Made by a program: the position numbers and the translations under genes. The notes beneath the pieces are model-generated. The model was not told the origin of the DNA. It did not search any database and saw nothing but the letters and a program-made list of their open reading frames with translations. This document shows, one piece after another, positions 39,054-49,198 of a stretch of DNA of 64,000 bases (positions are counted from its first letter, which is position 1; each line of letters opens with the position of its first letter). The stretch comes from Promethearchaeota archaeon (lineage in GTDB: Archaea > Asgardarchaeota > Lokiarchaeia > Sigyniarchaeales > SOKP01), in contig RDOE01000002.1 in the NCBI GenBank assembly GCA_011364975.1, positions 9,793 to 73,792 on the forward strand. The letters are read 5' to 3'.

Positions 39054-40907
39054 TTAATCTTGTAGGAAATTTAAAATATATCGTTGAGCAATAAGATCTG
39101 AGCTGATTTTTCCAAGAACTTTTCCTTCTAATACTATAGGCATGGCAGAAATTTGGTATTGTTCAAACTCTCTAACAATATCTAGTATAGAAAGATTTGG
39201 AGATGCTGAAATAACATCTTTTGTCATAATTTCATTTACACTTGCATCACAAACACCTTCAGCAGATGCTTTAGTGATATCCCAGTCCGTTACTACGCCT
39301 ACAAGTTTTTCATTTGATATTACTGCTATAATTCCGCTATTATTATCAATCATGGACTTAGCGGCTTCCTGGATTGTAGAATCGACTTCAATTATGGGAA
39401 TAGAGATCATAATATCTTTAGCAGTCAATTCATTCTCTTTAACTTTTAATCGTTGCAAACTTATCTGCTCAGCAGCCTGAGAAGGTAAGGTATCAGGCGA
39501 TTTTGTTAAAATATCAACTAATTCAATCATATTATGATGAATTACATTTTTTCGATATTCTTCTCCTGCTCTTAAACGTTTTTGAGAAAGTTGAACAAAT
39601 TCATCGGAATGATCTTTAAGCCATTTATTTACCGCATCTTTTTTACCTAACAATTTTTCAGGAATTTGAATATGTTCTGGAGTTTTTACAATATGTTCTT
39701 GAGCAGCAAAAATTACTCCGCCTGAATTTACTAAATAATCATTTGCTATCATAACACCCTTCTCACGATATACTATTTGTTCCATGCGTGTTCTTGCTGC
39801 TTTTCTATTTGGATCTGGGGAGTAAGTATTTGCGCCCTCAATGATTATATTCCATTTTCCCATGTGATCAACAATCATTGATGCATTATCGGAAGGTCTA
39901 ACTCCAAGATAATTAAATATTGGGGCTGCAGGGATAAAGCAAAAAGCATCTTCACGTAATAGATCATTCGAATTAGTTGAAAATTTAACGGGATGTTTAT
40001 ATCCCTGTGATAGCATTTTTTGTTTAAAATAGATGTTTGTAACAAGGCCTTTTTCATGCCATAAATCAAATAGATCTTCTATTGGGAGCCCAAATTCATT
40101 ATATAGATATCCCTCTAAATCACTTATCCCTATCACTTTCACTTCTGGAATCGAACTTCTTAATATTCTTGCTACGTGAGCACCAACAGCTCCAAATCCT
40201 TGAATTAGTATTGTAAGATCTTTACTTTCAGGTATTTCTATATTTTCAAATTGAGATAAAACTCTCATTCTTGGAAGAATTTCTAAAAGTGTCTGAAGTG
40301 CGGTCACAACACCTCCCGCAGCAGCACCTAACTCGTCTATTCTATTTCCACCCATATCTGCAGTCTTAGAAACAGCACTATCAAGCCCATTTTCAATCGC
40401 AATTAATTTCATATCCGCATCATTAGTACCTACATCAGGACCGGGGACATAAATCTCTTTATATCTTCTAATTAATCGTGCAAATCCTCGTACAATTTCT
40501 TCATGAATTTCTAGGGGTAAATCCCTTTCAGCTACAATTCCAGATTTGCCTCCCCCATAAGGAAGGTTCGCCGCAGCATTTTTTAAAGTCATACCGCGAG
40601 CTAAATTATGGATATCAGATGGAGTAATGTTAGGTAACATTCTTATTCCTCCCATAGAGGGCTTTCCCATTGAAAGATTATCTACGACTACAAAACCTCC
40701 GATCTCCAATTTTGAGGTCTCATCCCATATGCATGCGACTAACTGTGGCCCCAGAGAGTCTCTAATAATTCCTAATCTTGATAATAATTGCTCATCAATA
40801 TTACTAAACTCTAAGTAGCATTTTCCGTCCTCTTTTTTAAGACGATTTTTTAATGTAATTTCTGGAAGTCGTTCTTTAAGAAATCTATCCATTGCTTTTG
40901 GTATCAT
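39054..40907 (-). CDS. Glu/Leu/Phe/Val dehydrogenase fused to a C-terminal CBS pair
   Basis: GGIR, MTLKN, GGGKSG, GPDVGT, QGFGAVG, EGAN, NSGGV, then two CBS repeats (TAKDIM...VNEIMTKDV). Confidence 0.9.
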   Translation of the reverse strand: MIPKAMDRFLKERLPEITLKNRLKKEDGKCYLEFSNIDEQLLSRLGIIRDSLGPQLVACIWDETSKLEIGGFVVVDNLSMGKPSMGGIRMLPNITPSDIHNLARGMTLKNAAANLPYGGGKSGIVAERDLPLEIHEEIVRGFARLIRRYKEIYVPGPDVGTNDADMKLIAIENGLDSAVSKTADMGGNRIDELGAAAGGVVTALQTLLEILPRMRVLSQFENIEIPESKDLTILIQGFGAVGAHVARILRSSIPEVKVIGISDLEGYLYNEFGLPIEDLFDLWHEKGLVTNIYFKQKMLSQGYKHPVKFSTNSNDLLREDAFCFIPAAPIFNYLGVRPSDNASMIVDHMGKWNIIIEGANTYSPDPNRKAARTRMEQIVYREKGVMIANDYLVNSGGVIFAAQEHIVKTPEHIQIPEKLLGKKDAVNKWLKDHSDEFVQLSQKRLRAGEEYRKNVIHHNMIELVDILTKSPDTLPSQAAEQISLQRLKVKENELTAKDIMISIPIIEVDSTIQEAAKSMIDNNSGIIAVISNEKLVGVVTDWDITKASAEGVCDASVNEIMTKDVISASPNLSILDIVREFEQYQISAMPIVLEGKVLGKISSDLIAQRYILNFLQD

Positions 40908-41046
40908 AATTATTCAATAAAATCTGAATTTCATTTTTTAAATCTAATTATATTTTCATATATGAATCTCTTAAATTTAAAATTGTTCTCTATTAAAAAA
41001 TGTCAAGTTAAATTAGAAATGTTAAATGTTAAATAATAGAGAGTAG

Positions 41047-42894
41047 ATGATGAAGGGATCAAAAAAATTATTACTAATAGGTATTGATCAAGCTATTCCT
41101 TGTTTGCTTAATAAGTTCCTTGATACTAATATCTTACCTAATATAGCTAAACTCCGGGAAAATGGAGTAATGACTGAAGCGTTTTCTTGTCCTCCGTGTG
41201 ATACACCAACTAATTGGACTACAATCGCAACAGGAGCTACAACTGCTATTCATGGAGCAACCAGTTTTTATATGCATAATTCCGGAGATTCTTTTGAAGA
41301 AGGATTAAAATTTCGATCTAGAACGCAATTATCTCGATATTGTAAAGCGGAATATATATGGAACGTTGTGGATAAGAGTTCATTAATTCCATTTGTATTT
41401 AATTACCCTTCAGGATGGCCAAATAATTTTAAAAAAGGAGTTATGAGTTTATTCACTTGGGAGATACCTGAATCATATCCTATATTGATGTCTACATCAA
41501 AAACATATAAATTTGATATAGAAGATAACAAAAAGTCAATCCAACTAAATATCAGTATTAAAAATAAGAATTTTAAATGCAATTACAATAAAGAGGTATT
41601 CTTGATCAATTTAAAGGGGAATAAATTTGATGCTTTGAAACTATTAATAAGTGAGAAGTTAGGATGGCAAACTATTAGGGAAAAAGAATGGAGCAATTGG
41701 ATAGAAGCAATCATAAATACAAACATTGGTCAATTACCTTGCTTATTTAAAATAAAGTTACAAGAGATAGATTATGAGGAAAAATATGTTAAAATTAAAC
41801 GCTCTACTGTATATAATATTAAAGGTTGGGCATATCCTGAGACTTTTGGTGATAAATTAATCAAAAATGTTTTTGAATATGATTTACCCGAAAAACATGA
41901 TGTTGAGTTTATGATGTATGAGGGGATAAAAAAGTACTTAATATCTGCAAGGGAAGAAAGTTTAACTTTGGCTAAAACTATAAATTTTGCTAAAACGGAC
42001 TTTAACTGGGATGTATGCTTTTTTCATTATCATCCTTTAGACACTATTAATCATAATTCTCTCGCATTTTTATTTAATAAATCACCATTTTATGAGGAGG
42101 ATAAAGCCAAGAAAACACTCAAGAATGTTGAAACTGCTTATAAAATCGTTGATGAGCTTATTGGTAATTTATTCAAAACTTGTGTTGATCAAAATACTAT
42201 TGTTTGTTTTGTTTCAGACCATGGGGCAATCCCTATATGGAAAATAGTAAATCTTCCTCATTTTTTTATAAAATCTGGGTTACTTAAATATAAATGGAGT
42301 TCTAAAGAAAATTGCTATATTATAGATTGGAAAAAAACAAAAGTATTCCCTTATATAGAGCCACCCTTTATTTGGATTAATTTAGAAGGACGAGATCCAA
42401 AGGGAATAGTAAAACATTCTGAATATGACGATTTAAAAGATGAAGTTATCAAGATACTTTATGATATAAGAGATCCTTACACTAACGAAAAATTGATTGA
42501 TTTGGCAATAAAGAAGGAAGATGCTGATTATCTTGGTCTAAATGGTGAAAGAATTGGTGATATAATATATTTTTTAAAACCCCCCTATAGTTTATTCGAT
42601 GGGAATCTAGAGATGCTTAATGCCTCTCGCCTTTCAAAAAACCTTTTTAATAAACCAGAGGTTTATAATTCCCAATCATTTTTTGGAGCACATGCTTATT
42701 TCCTTCCGAAAACTAAATTTGGAGAATATTCAATCAGCGTCCCATTGATTTTATCTGGACCAGGAATTAAAAAAGGGGAGATGTTGAAAAAACCAGTAAA
42801 TCTTGTCAATTTGGCACCCACATTTTCTCATTTACTGCAAATTCCGAAACCTAAAGATTCTCAAGCTAGGGTCCTTTATGAAATAATGGAATAA
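41047..42894 (+). CDS. alkaline phosphatase / nucleotide pyrophosphatase superfamily protein
   Basis: IGID, TPTNWTTIATG..HG, SDHG, INLEGRDP.G.V, C-terminal APT. Confidence 0.85.
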   Translation: MMKGSKKLLLIGIDQAIPCLLNKFLDTNILPNIAKLRENGVMTEAFSCPPCDTPTNWTTIATGATTAIHGATSFYMHNSGDSFEEGLKFRSRTQLSRYCKAEYIWNVVDKSSLIPFVFNYPSGWPNNFKKGVMSLFTWEIPESYPILMSTSKTYKFDIEDNKKSIQLNISIKNKNFKCNYNKEVFLINLKGNKFDALKLLISEKLGWQTIREKEWSNWIEAIINTNIGQLPCLFKIKLQEIDYEEKYVKIKRSTVYNIKGWAYPETFGDKLIKNVFEYDLPEKHDVEFMMYEGIKKYLISAREESLTLAKTINFAKTDFNWDVCFFHYHPLDTINHNSLAFLFNKSPFYEEDKAKKTLKNVETAYKIVDELIGNLFKTCVDQNTIVCFVSDHGAIPIWKIVNLPHFFIKSGLLKYKWSSKENCYIIDWKKTKVFPYIEPPFIWINLEGRDPKGIVKHSEYDDLKDEVIKILYDIRDPYTNEKLIDLAIKKEDADYLGLNGERIGDIIYFLKPPYSLFDGNLEMLNASRLSKNLFNKPEVYNSQSFFGAHAYFLPKTKFGEYSISVPLILSGPGIKKGEMLKKPVNLVNLAPTFSHLLQIPKPKDSQARVLYEIME

Positions 42895-42995
42895 TAATAA
42901 CGAGAAACTTGGTTTTTTGAATTCTAAATATTATTATAATTTAAGTAAAGTGTATAATTTAATAATATTAAATCAATTTTGGAGATCTTATAAAA

Positions 42996-43286
42996 ATGGT
43001 TACTTTAATAGCAACTCTCAAAATAAAAGAAGGCAAAATGCCTGAAGCCATTCAAGTACTTAAAGAGATGGCAGCAAACATAAAATCATCTGAACCTGGG
43101 ACTTTGGAATATATCCCTCATACGGTAAAAGGAGAAGGATTAGAAAATACAATAATTTTCTATGAAAAATATGAAACTGAAGAAGCAATGAAATTCCATA
43201 GTAAAAATTTAGTTAAAACAGCAATTAGGTTGGCTCCACTTTTAGATCCAGGAAGGGATATAAAAGTCTGTAAAGAGATTATTTAA
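42996..43286 (+). CDS. ABM (antibiotic biosynthesis monooxygenase-like) domain protein
   Basis: EPGTLEY, FYEKY, A..FH. Confidence 0.85.
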   Translation: MVTLIATLKIKEGKMPEAIQVLKEMAANIKSSEPGTLEYIPHTVKGEGLENTIIFYEKYETEEAMKFHSKNLVKTAIRLAPLLDPGRDIKVCKEII

Positions 43287-43304
43287 GTTTAGTTAATCTA
43301 AATT

Positions 43305-44900
43305 TTATTTATTTTTTTTAAATAATAACTCATCTTGAATATATGGTCTTCCGGTATATAAACAAAGCTCTGCTTTACTTAATTCTCTCCCTAAGTAATT
43401 TAAATGATAAATATCATCGGTTATGCGTAATTCCATAACCTTTTTACTTAAAGTTTCTGCATTCTTTCCTATTATAAGATTGAGTAGCTCATCGTTATTA
43501 GAATAAAATAATATATAAATTTGTTTTGAATAGTGATCCACAAAAAACCTAAAATAACCTTTTTTATCAGAAATGTAATCTGGGTTTTCAGGATCGACGA
43601 AAATGGCTTTTGTCTCATCAATTTGAGGGAAATCCTGACTAACTTTTCCCTTTGCTTTAAATATTGAAATGCCATGATTAATAGGAGGTGTTTTTTTACA
43701 TTTTGCTAAATAATTAAGTTTAATAGATTCTTTTAATTCACGAACTCCGCCCATAAGTTTTATACTATGTTCTACGGTAAATAAAACGCCCATCTCTAAT
43801 TCTATTGCTATACAAGCTAATAATCCATTAATACCGATGGAATCAATGTCCATTAATTCAACAACGTTTGAAATTCCAAAAAATAATGGTAATTCAATGC
43901 TTTTATCTCTTATTTGAGAGACTTTCTTTTTATATAAAAAATAAGCTTCCAAAGAATTTGTAAACCCAGGACTTATTGGAGTCTCAAGCAGAGGATCAGC
44001 TATCAGTTTTTGAAATCCCAGATTTTGCAATTCCTCTGTAAAGTAAAGTAAATTTTCAACTCTTAATGCAGGTTCTTTTGGAAAATACGCTGCTTTAATA
44101 TTCGTGGGAAGAATTACAATCGGTATATCTTTTGGAATATTTAGTAGCTGTTTGTAATTTCCTTTATCAAAACTTAGAATCATATCAATCCCTTCATCTA
44201 TTGCGGACCTTATTTCTTCTTTTTCCATTGAATCTATACTTATTAAAGTATTAAATTTAGATTGAATGAGATTAATAACTTCACGAACCCTTTCAGGATT
44301 AGGTTTATTAGCTATACATCCTATATCAATAATATCTGCTCCTGAGTCTAAATAATGCTTCACTTTTCTAAGTATTGACTCATTAGGCTTCTCTGGACAA
44401 TTTACTATCTCAGCGATTATGGGAGGGGGTAAATCGCGACCAATTATTAAATCGGATTTTTGTCTATTAATATAAAAAGTATGAGTCCCAATATTTTCTT
44501 TAGCTAATTTAATTTTTTCAGATAGGATATCATTATATTCTCGAATTCCAGATAATTGGATTAACTTATTAGCTGCAATATTGGTAGATAATTGAATTGA
44601 GTCTAAATTATTTAATATAAAAGGCAAATCAGACGCAAATTCTGGGCCTTTTTTAATTTCAATTGAAAATTCTTTTTCTAGATTAAAAGTATCCCATTGA
44701 ACAAATCCAGGCAATAATATAATATCATAATTAGATTTGGAGATTTTTTTCAAAATCTCTTTAGTTAAATCTTCCGATAGAAAGGCTGAAATTGTTATAG
44801 GTGCTTTGTATACTTCGATTTCATTCTTATGTATATCTTTTATAAGGTTATTAATTATGGGATAACTATTAAGACCGGTTATAATTAATATTCTTTTAAT
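43305..44900 (-). CDS. dihydropteroate synthase-like protein (methanopterin pathway, TIGR00284-like)
   Basis: GADIIDIG, SIDS, ADPLL, NVVELMDIDSIGIN, HLNYLGRELSKAE. The frame is open upstream of the tracked TTG to an ATT at 44900 (IKRILIITG...). Confidence 0.85.
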   Translation of the reverse strand: MKRILIITGLNSYPIINNLIKDIHKNEIEVYKAPITISAFLSEDLTKEILKKISKSNYDIILLPGFVQWDTFNLEKEFSIEIKKGPEFASDLPFILNNLDSIQLSTNIAANKLIQLSGIREYNDILSEKIKLAKENIGTHTFYINRQKSDLIIGRDLPPPIIAEIVNCPEKPNESILRKVKHYLDSGADIIDIGCIANKPNPERVREVINLIQSKFNTLISIDSMEKEEIRSAIDEGIDMILSFDKGNYKQLLNIPKDIPIVILPTNIKAAYFPKEPALRVENLLYFTEELQNLGFQKLIADPLLETPISPGFTNSLEAYFLYKKKVSQIRDKSIELPLFFGISNVVELMDIDSIGINGLLACIAIELEMGVLFTVEHSIKLMGGVRELKESIKLNYLAKCKKTPPINHGISIFKAKGKVSQDFPQIDETKAIFVDPENPDYISDKKGYFRFFVDHYSKQIYILFYSNNDELLNLIIGKNAETLSKKVMELRITDDIYHLNYLGRELSKAELCLYTGRPYIQDELLFKKNK

Positions 44901-45987
44901 CTAAATCACTTAATAATCTCTCTTTATTGAATGGAATATAAATATCGTCTAATATTGAGCCCTTAGCTTCTCTAACTCGTAGATTATTTACAATGGATTC
45001 AAATTTGCCTCCCAGCAAACCGTTAGCTATAAAGGCTGCTCCTTGGGCAGCATGTTTTGATAAATGGCTATATGATTTCATTAGTCTTACTGGAGCAATT
45101 TCACTTAAATTATTAATCATTTTCTGATCTAAATATTTTAGTTCTGCTCCTCTCCCTGCTATTAAAATTTCACATATCTTTTTTCGGTTAGTAAATGAAG
45201 CAGAGATACCATAAACTGCTTTTTTGACATCTGATAAATACGCATCAAGAGCCATCTTAGTTTGGTCATCCTTTTGTGCTAGTAATATTATCTCATCTAA
45301 GCTCAAATCTTGATAACCTGCAATAAAAGACACTCCGCCTTTATAAATATTCTTCTTTTTTATGTCTTTAATTAAATAAGCTAACTCTCCATCAAGACTA
45401 CCGCATGCTCGAAATCCCATTATATTTGATCCTCCAATACCGTCGATGATTTGACCATTTTCAATTGCAAGTACAGCAGTAAATCCGTAACCTATTTCTA
45501 CCATGATAAAATTTACGTCTTCAGGGCGGTTATTTTTTCGTTCCATCTGATCCCTTATACCTGTAACAGCAGTACATAATTTATCTGCCGTCCCCATGTC
45601 AATTTTGTTAATTTTTCGATAATTTGGAACAGTTGGTAAATGTTTAACACCTGGAACAATAACTCCTGGAATATTTTCAGCTTTAATAAGCCTAAGAACA
45701 TTACCAAGACCAATTAATTTATCCTTTTCTTTTTTCTCGAATTTGAGTACTGTAAAAAATATATCTTTCTCTGTTAAATCTTTTACACTCTTTAATGGTA
45801 ACCCAAAACCGCTTGGCGCTACCATTAAATCAATATTTTCCATTGATTTGATAACTGCAATAGCTTTTTTTGGATCTTCAATTAACTCTTTTGATGGTAA
45901 TGAGGTGTCTAATATTATTTCATCCTCATCTAAGCCACAAAAATCCCACGAAAGTGACCCCGGATCAATTCCAAGTACCCTATACAC
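44896..45987 (-). CDS. DUF1464 / ASKHA (butyrate kinase-like) protein
   Basis: GIDPGS, APSGFG, IDMGTADK, DGIGG, LDGE, AAQGAA. Confidence 0.82.
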   Translation of the reverse strand: MYRVLGIDPGSLSWDFCGLDEDEIILDTSLPSKELIEDPKKAIAVIKSMENIDLMVAPSGFGLPLKSVKDLTEKDIFFTVLKFEKKEKDKLIGLGNVLRLIKAENIPGVIVPGVKHLPTVPNYRKINKIDMGTADKLCTAVTGIRDQMERKNNRPEDVNFIMVEIGYGFTAVLAIENGQIIDGIGGSNIMGFRACGSLDGELAYLIKDIKKKNIYKGGVSFIAGYQDLSLDEIILLAQKDDQTKMALDAYLSDVKKAVYGISASFTNRKKICEILIAGRGAELKYLDQKMINNLSEIAPVRLMKSYSHLSKHAAQGAAFIANGLLGGKFESIVNNLRVREAKGSILDDIYIPFNKERLLSDLD

Positions 45988-46168
45988 TAATAATCAGATC
46001 TTATATAATGCTCAATTTATAAAAGTTCAATAATTCATTTTATATTTATTAATTTTTAATAGTTCTTCTTAAAATCTAAAGAATAAATTTTAACTAGAAA
46101 AAATTAATACTCATATAATTTGATTAATAATTTTTTCCATTGGAGTAAGAATTCTTTTATATATCATT

Positions 46169-46909
46169 ATGAATATGGATTATAAATCTATAGGACTAGA
46201 AGAGAATTCATTGTATGAAGTCTTAGCGACAACTTTTTCAATTGAAAGTGAAAATCAATTTGTTCCTAATACGGCATCTATGGGAATTAGAATATTGAAT
46301 AATGGTTTAATTAGTATGAGCCCTTATCCTTCAACAAAAACTTTTCAAAATTTGAATCAAATACCCCTTGTAACGCTTAATTTTGTAGATAATATCTTTT
46401 TATACGCTTTAACTTCATTAAAAGGTTCAAATATGCTTAATAATATTAAAGGAGAAAAGGAAAATTTTTATGATTATTATCAATTAAAATCATTGACTCA
46501 TTTTAAGGATCAACTTAAAGCTAAAAAACTCCAAGAAAGTTTCTCAATTCCTTTTATAAAAGATTCTTGGGCAATAATTATTAGTGAAGTAAAAATGAGA
46601 AATAATAGACATAAAGAAGATGAGTTTGGAATGCTGAAATTAACGGAATTTTTACTAAGCCCAATTTTAATTAAAAAATTTAGAGAATCATACAAACTTT
46701 TTAATAGAGCAGAAAATATTACTTTAGAAACTATAATTTTAGCAACAAGATTAAAGGTTGCCTTTGAAGTAAAAGATAAAAGCTCTTTAGATCAAATCAA
46801 CTATAAAATCGCAGAAAATGTAAAAACAATAAACAGATTTAGTAAAAATGAAAGGGTGTTGAGATCCTTAGAATATATTCAGCAATATATTGAGAAATTT
46901 AAAGATTAA
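46169..46909 (+). CDS. DUF447 family protein
   Basis: EVLATT, PNTASMGI, T..NL, FNRA...LE..ILATR. Confidence 0.78.
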   Translation: MNMDYKSIGLEENSLYEVLATTFSIESENQFVPNTASMGIRILNNGLISMSPYPSTKTFQNLNQIPLVTLNFVDNIFLYALTSLKGSNMLNNIKGEKENFYDYYQLKSLTHFKDQLKAKKLQESFSIPFIKDSWAIIISEVKMRNNRHKEDEFGMLKLTEFLLSPILIKKFRESYKLFNRAENITLETIILATRLKVAFEVKDKSSLDQINYKIAENVKTINRFSKNERVLRSLEYIQQYIEKFKD

Positions 46910-47301
46910 TCCTTTACTTTAATGGTTTCAATATACATTAAGGGATACTTTAGGGTATCAATCCACTTAATAAAGGCAGTTACTTCAACAGATTCAAATT
47001 CAATAATTACTTTAGCATTTATGATTTTTCCAGTTACTTCATCATAGTCAAACTCGGTAGATTTATCACCAGAGATTTTAGTTTTATCAATATCGATTTT
47101 CACAAATTTGACATATGGTTGGCATGATATTGCAGCTTCTATTCCTTTTTCAATAGATTCAATAACTGCTGAATCTGAACGTATTGGTATACCACATAAA
47201 ATGTGATAAAGTGCTCCTAATTTTATTCCAACTTCAAAGCAAGCTCTTTCTCTAATACTCAGGTTAGGATCAAAGAAAGACCGTTCATCAGTAAGAGGCA
47301 T
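46906..47301 (-). CDS. mptD: archaeal dihydroneopterin aldolase
   Basis: RERACFEVGIKLGALYH, QPYV, YPLMYI. Confidence 0.88.
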   Translation of the reverse strand: MPLTDERSFFDPNLSIRERACFEVGIKLGALYHILCGIPIRSDSAVIESIEKGIEAAISCQPYVKFVKIDIDKTKISGDKSTEFDYDEVTGKIINAKVIIEFESVEVTAFIKWIDTLKYPLMYIETIKVKD

Positions 47302-48314
47302 TAAATATCATCCAAATACTCAATTTTTGCTCCATCATTATTTGGTTTACAGATGTAAATATGACCACCTATAGGTTTCAGACGCATTTGCACTTCTTTT
47401 AATAAGGCATTTGCTTCTTCATCTGATTCGACAATTCCAACTATACTTGGACCAAATGAAGACATAGCATATGCTTTTAATCCAAATTCCTCAAAAAATT
47501 TAAGAATCCCCTTAACAATGTCGTGTTGTAGAGAAATCTCGATTTTCTTGAATCCAATTTTTTGAATACTTTTTAACCCTTCTCCGAAACATTTTAAATC
47601 GTTTTTAATAATTCCTGGAATAACTTTCATTAAAATTTGATGAGAAACTTCTGTGACTTCTGATTTAGGTATTGGGGCATTAGATTGAAAAATACTCACT
47701 TCTTCATCCCCATAAGCACCTTTTTTTACATTTGGTATAACTAAAACAAATCTCCAATTTTCAGGGATGGGATATCTTAAAATTGTAATTGCAGGATCTA
47801 CTTCGGTTGATGCTGAAGATGGCAAAAAGGTTTCTTTTTCTTTTCCTATTCCAAAATCATGCCCTGCATCTAATATGAAACCCCCGTTTTCAAAACCTCT
47901 CCAGCCTATTCCAGAAGTTCCTCCTCTTCCAACGAGTTTGGTTAATTCATTCGTATTTAAATTATTTATATTCTTTAGTTTGGTTATAGCTCGAGCAATA
48001 GCTAAGGATAATTGGGTTTTTGAGCCTAACCCTACGTGGCTGGGGTAATATCTTATAAGATTAAAATGAAAATTTTTATTACTTATATTAAACGCTTTAA
48101 ATACCCTTGATGCAATTTCGTTTATTACCTCGATTGATTCTCGATAATATTTATTTGCTTTAATTTTGAATTCTTCAGCATTGTTTGAAGCTTCGAAAAC
48201 AACATTTGGACGGTCTAACATAAGACCTATCCCTCCATCTACCCTTCCCGTGAAACCATTCTCATCAATTAAGGAAAGATGAATACGACAGGGCGTAATT
48301 ATTCTAATTTTCAT
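47301..48314 (-). CDS. mptG: beta-ribofuranosylaminobenzene 5'-phosphate synthase (GHMP fold)
   Basis: TPCRIHLSLID, GRVDGG, HVGLGSKTQ, GRGGTSGIG, GGFILD.GH, MSSFGP. Confidence 0.9.
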   Translation of the reverse strand: MKIRIITPCRIHLSLIDENGFTGRVDGGIGLMLDRPNVVFEASNNAEEFKIKANKYYRESIEVINEIASRVFKAFNISNKNFHFNLIRYYPSHVGLGSKTQLSLAIARAITKLKNINNLNTNELTKLVGRGGTSGIGWRGFENGGFILDAGHDFGIGKEKETFLPSSASTEVDPAITILRYPIPENWRFVLVIPNVKKGAYGDEEVSIFQSNAPIPKSEVTEVSHQILMKVIPGIIKNDLKCFGEGLKSIQKIGFKKIEISLQHDIVKGILKFFEEFGLKAYAMSSFGPSIVGIVESDEEANALLKEVQMRLKPIGGHIYICKPNNDGAKIEYLDDI

Positions 48315-48655
48315 TTTATCTTAAATAAGAAAAGTTTCAAACTAAATGTAAGAATCTTTAAAATAATTTAAATTTAATATAAATTCATGGTTTTTTTAAT
48401 ATTATGGAATATAATAGATTTTATTAATGATTAAACTTTGATGAAAATTCGACCAAAACAAACAGTTATAAAAGAAACATTCTATATTATAACTTAAAGA
48501 CTTCTAAATGACTATCTATTAACAAAACTGTCAGGTAGTATATGCCATCTTGATAGTACTTGATGGATTAATGTGTTATTTGTTTAAATAATATGATTAA
48601 AAGGGTAATGCAAAGTTTAAGTAATTTAGATATAATTTTTGGGGGTTAATTAAAG

Positions 48656-49048
48656 ATTATCACTATTTTCGTAGTTGAGGATGACCATTCGTTAAGGATG
48701 CTTTACGAGAAAGCCCTAGAACTAAATGGATATACTGTTATAGGCGCCGCAAAGGATGGAGACGAAGCAGTAAAAATGTTTGTAGGTTTCACTTCTAAAC
48801 CAAAGGTTATTATAATGGATCATAGAATGCCTATAAAAAATGGAATTGAAGCAACGAAAGAAATTTTAGCAATATCTGATAATCCAAAACCCAAAATTAT
48901 ATTTGCGAGCGCTGATCTTTCAATTAAAGAAGAGGCTTTAGCGATTGGTGTTTCATGTTTTAAGGATAAACCATTTACACTAGAAAGATTATTTAGTAAT
49001 ATTGAAAAGGTAATAGCCAAGGATCAAATACTAAAAATTCAAAGTTGA
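48656..49048 (+). CDS. single-domain response regulator (CheY-like receiver)
   Basis: IFVVEDD lies upstream of the tracked ATG at 48698, followed by IMDHRMP..NG, ASA and KPF. This needs an ATT start near 48656. Confidence 0.88.
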   Translation: MITIFVVEDDHSLRMLYEKALELNGYTVIGAAKDGDEAVKMFVGFTSKPKVIIMDHRMPIKNGIEATKEILAISDNPKPKIIFASADLSIKEEALAIGVSCFKDKPFTLERLFSNIEKVIAKDQILKIQS

Positions 49049-49198
49049 AAAAAACTATGCTTATTTTTTTTTAGTTTTATAGCAATAATTTAACAATAGG
49101 ATCCTAAATTCTATATATTTTCTATTCTTTATTTTTATGATATTTAGAAAGAATAAATTTGATTAAAAAGGATAAATCAACGTAAAAGGCGTATTTTT

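Noticed and set aside
48500-48590. Short inverted repeats (ACTATC/GATAGT, CCATC/GATGG) upstream of the response regulator
   Set aside because: Stems of 5-6 bp are expected by chance, and no riboswitch consensus was recognised.
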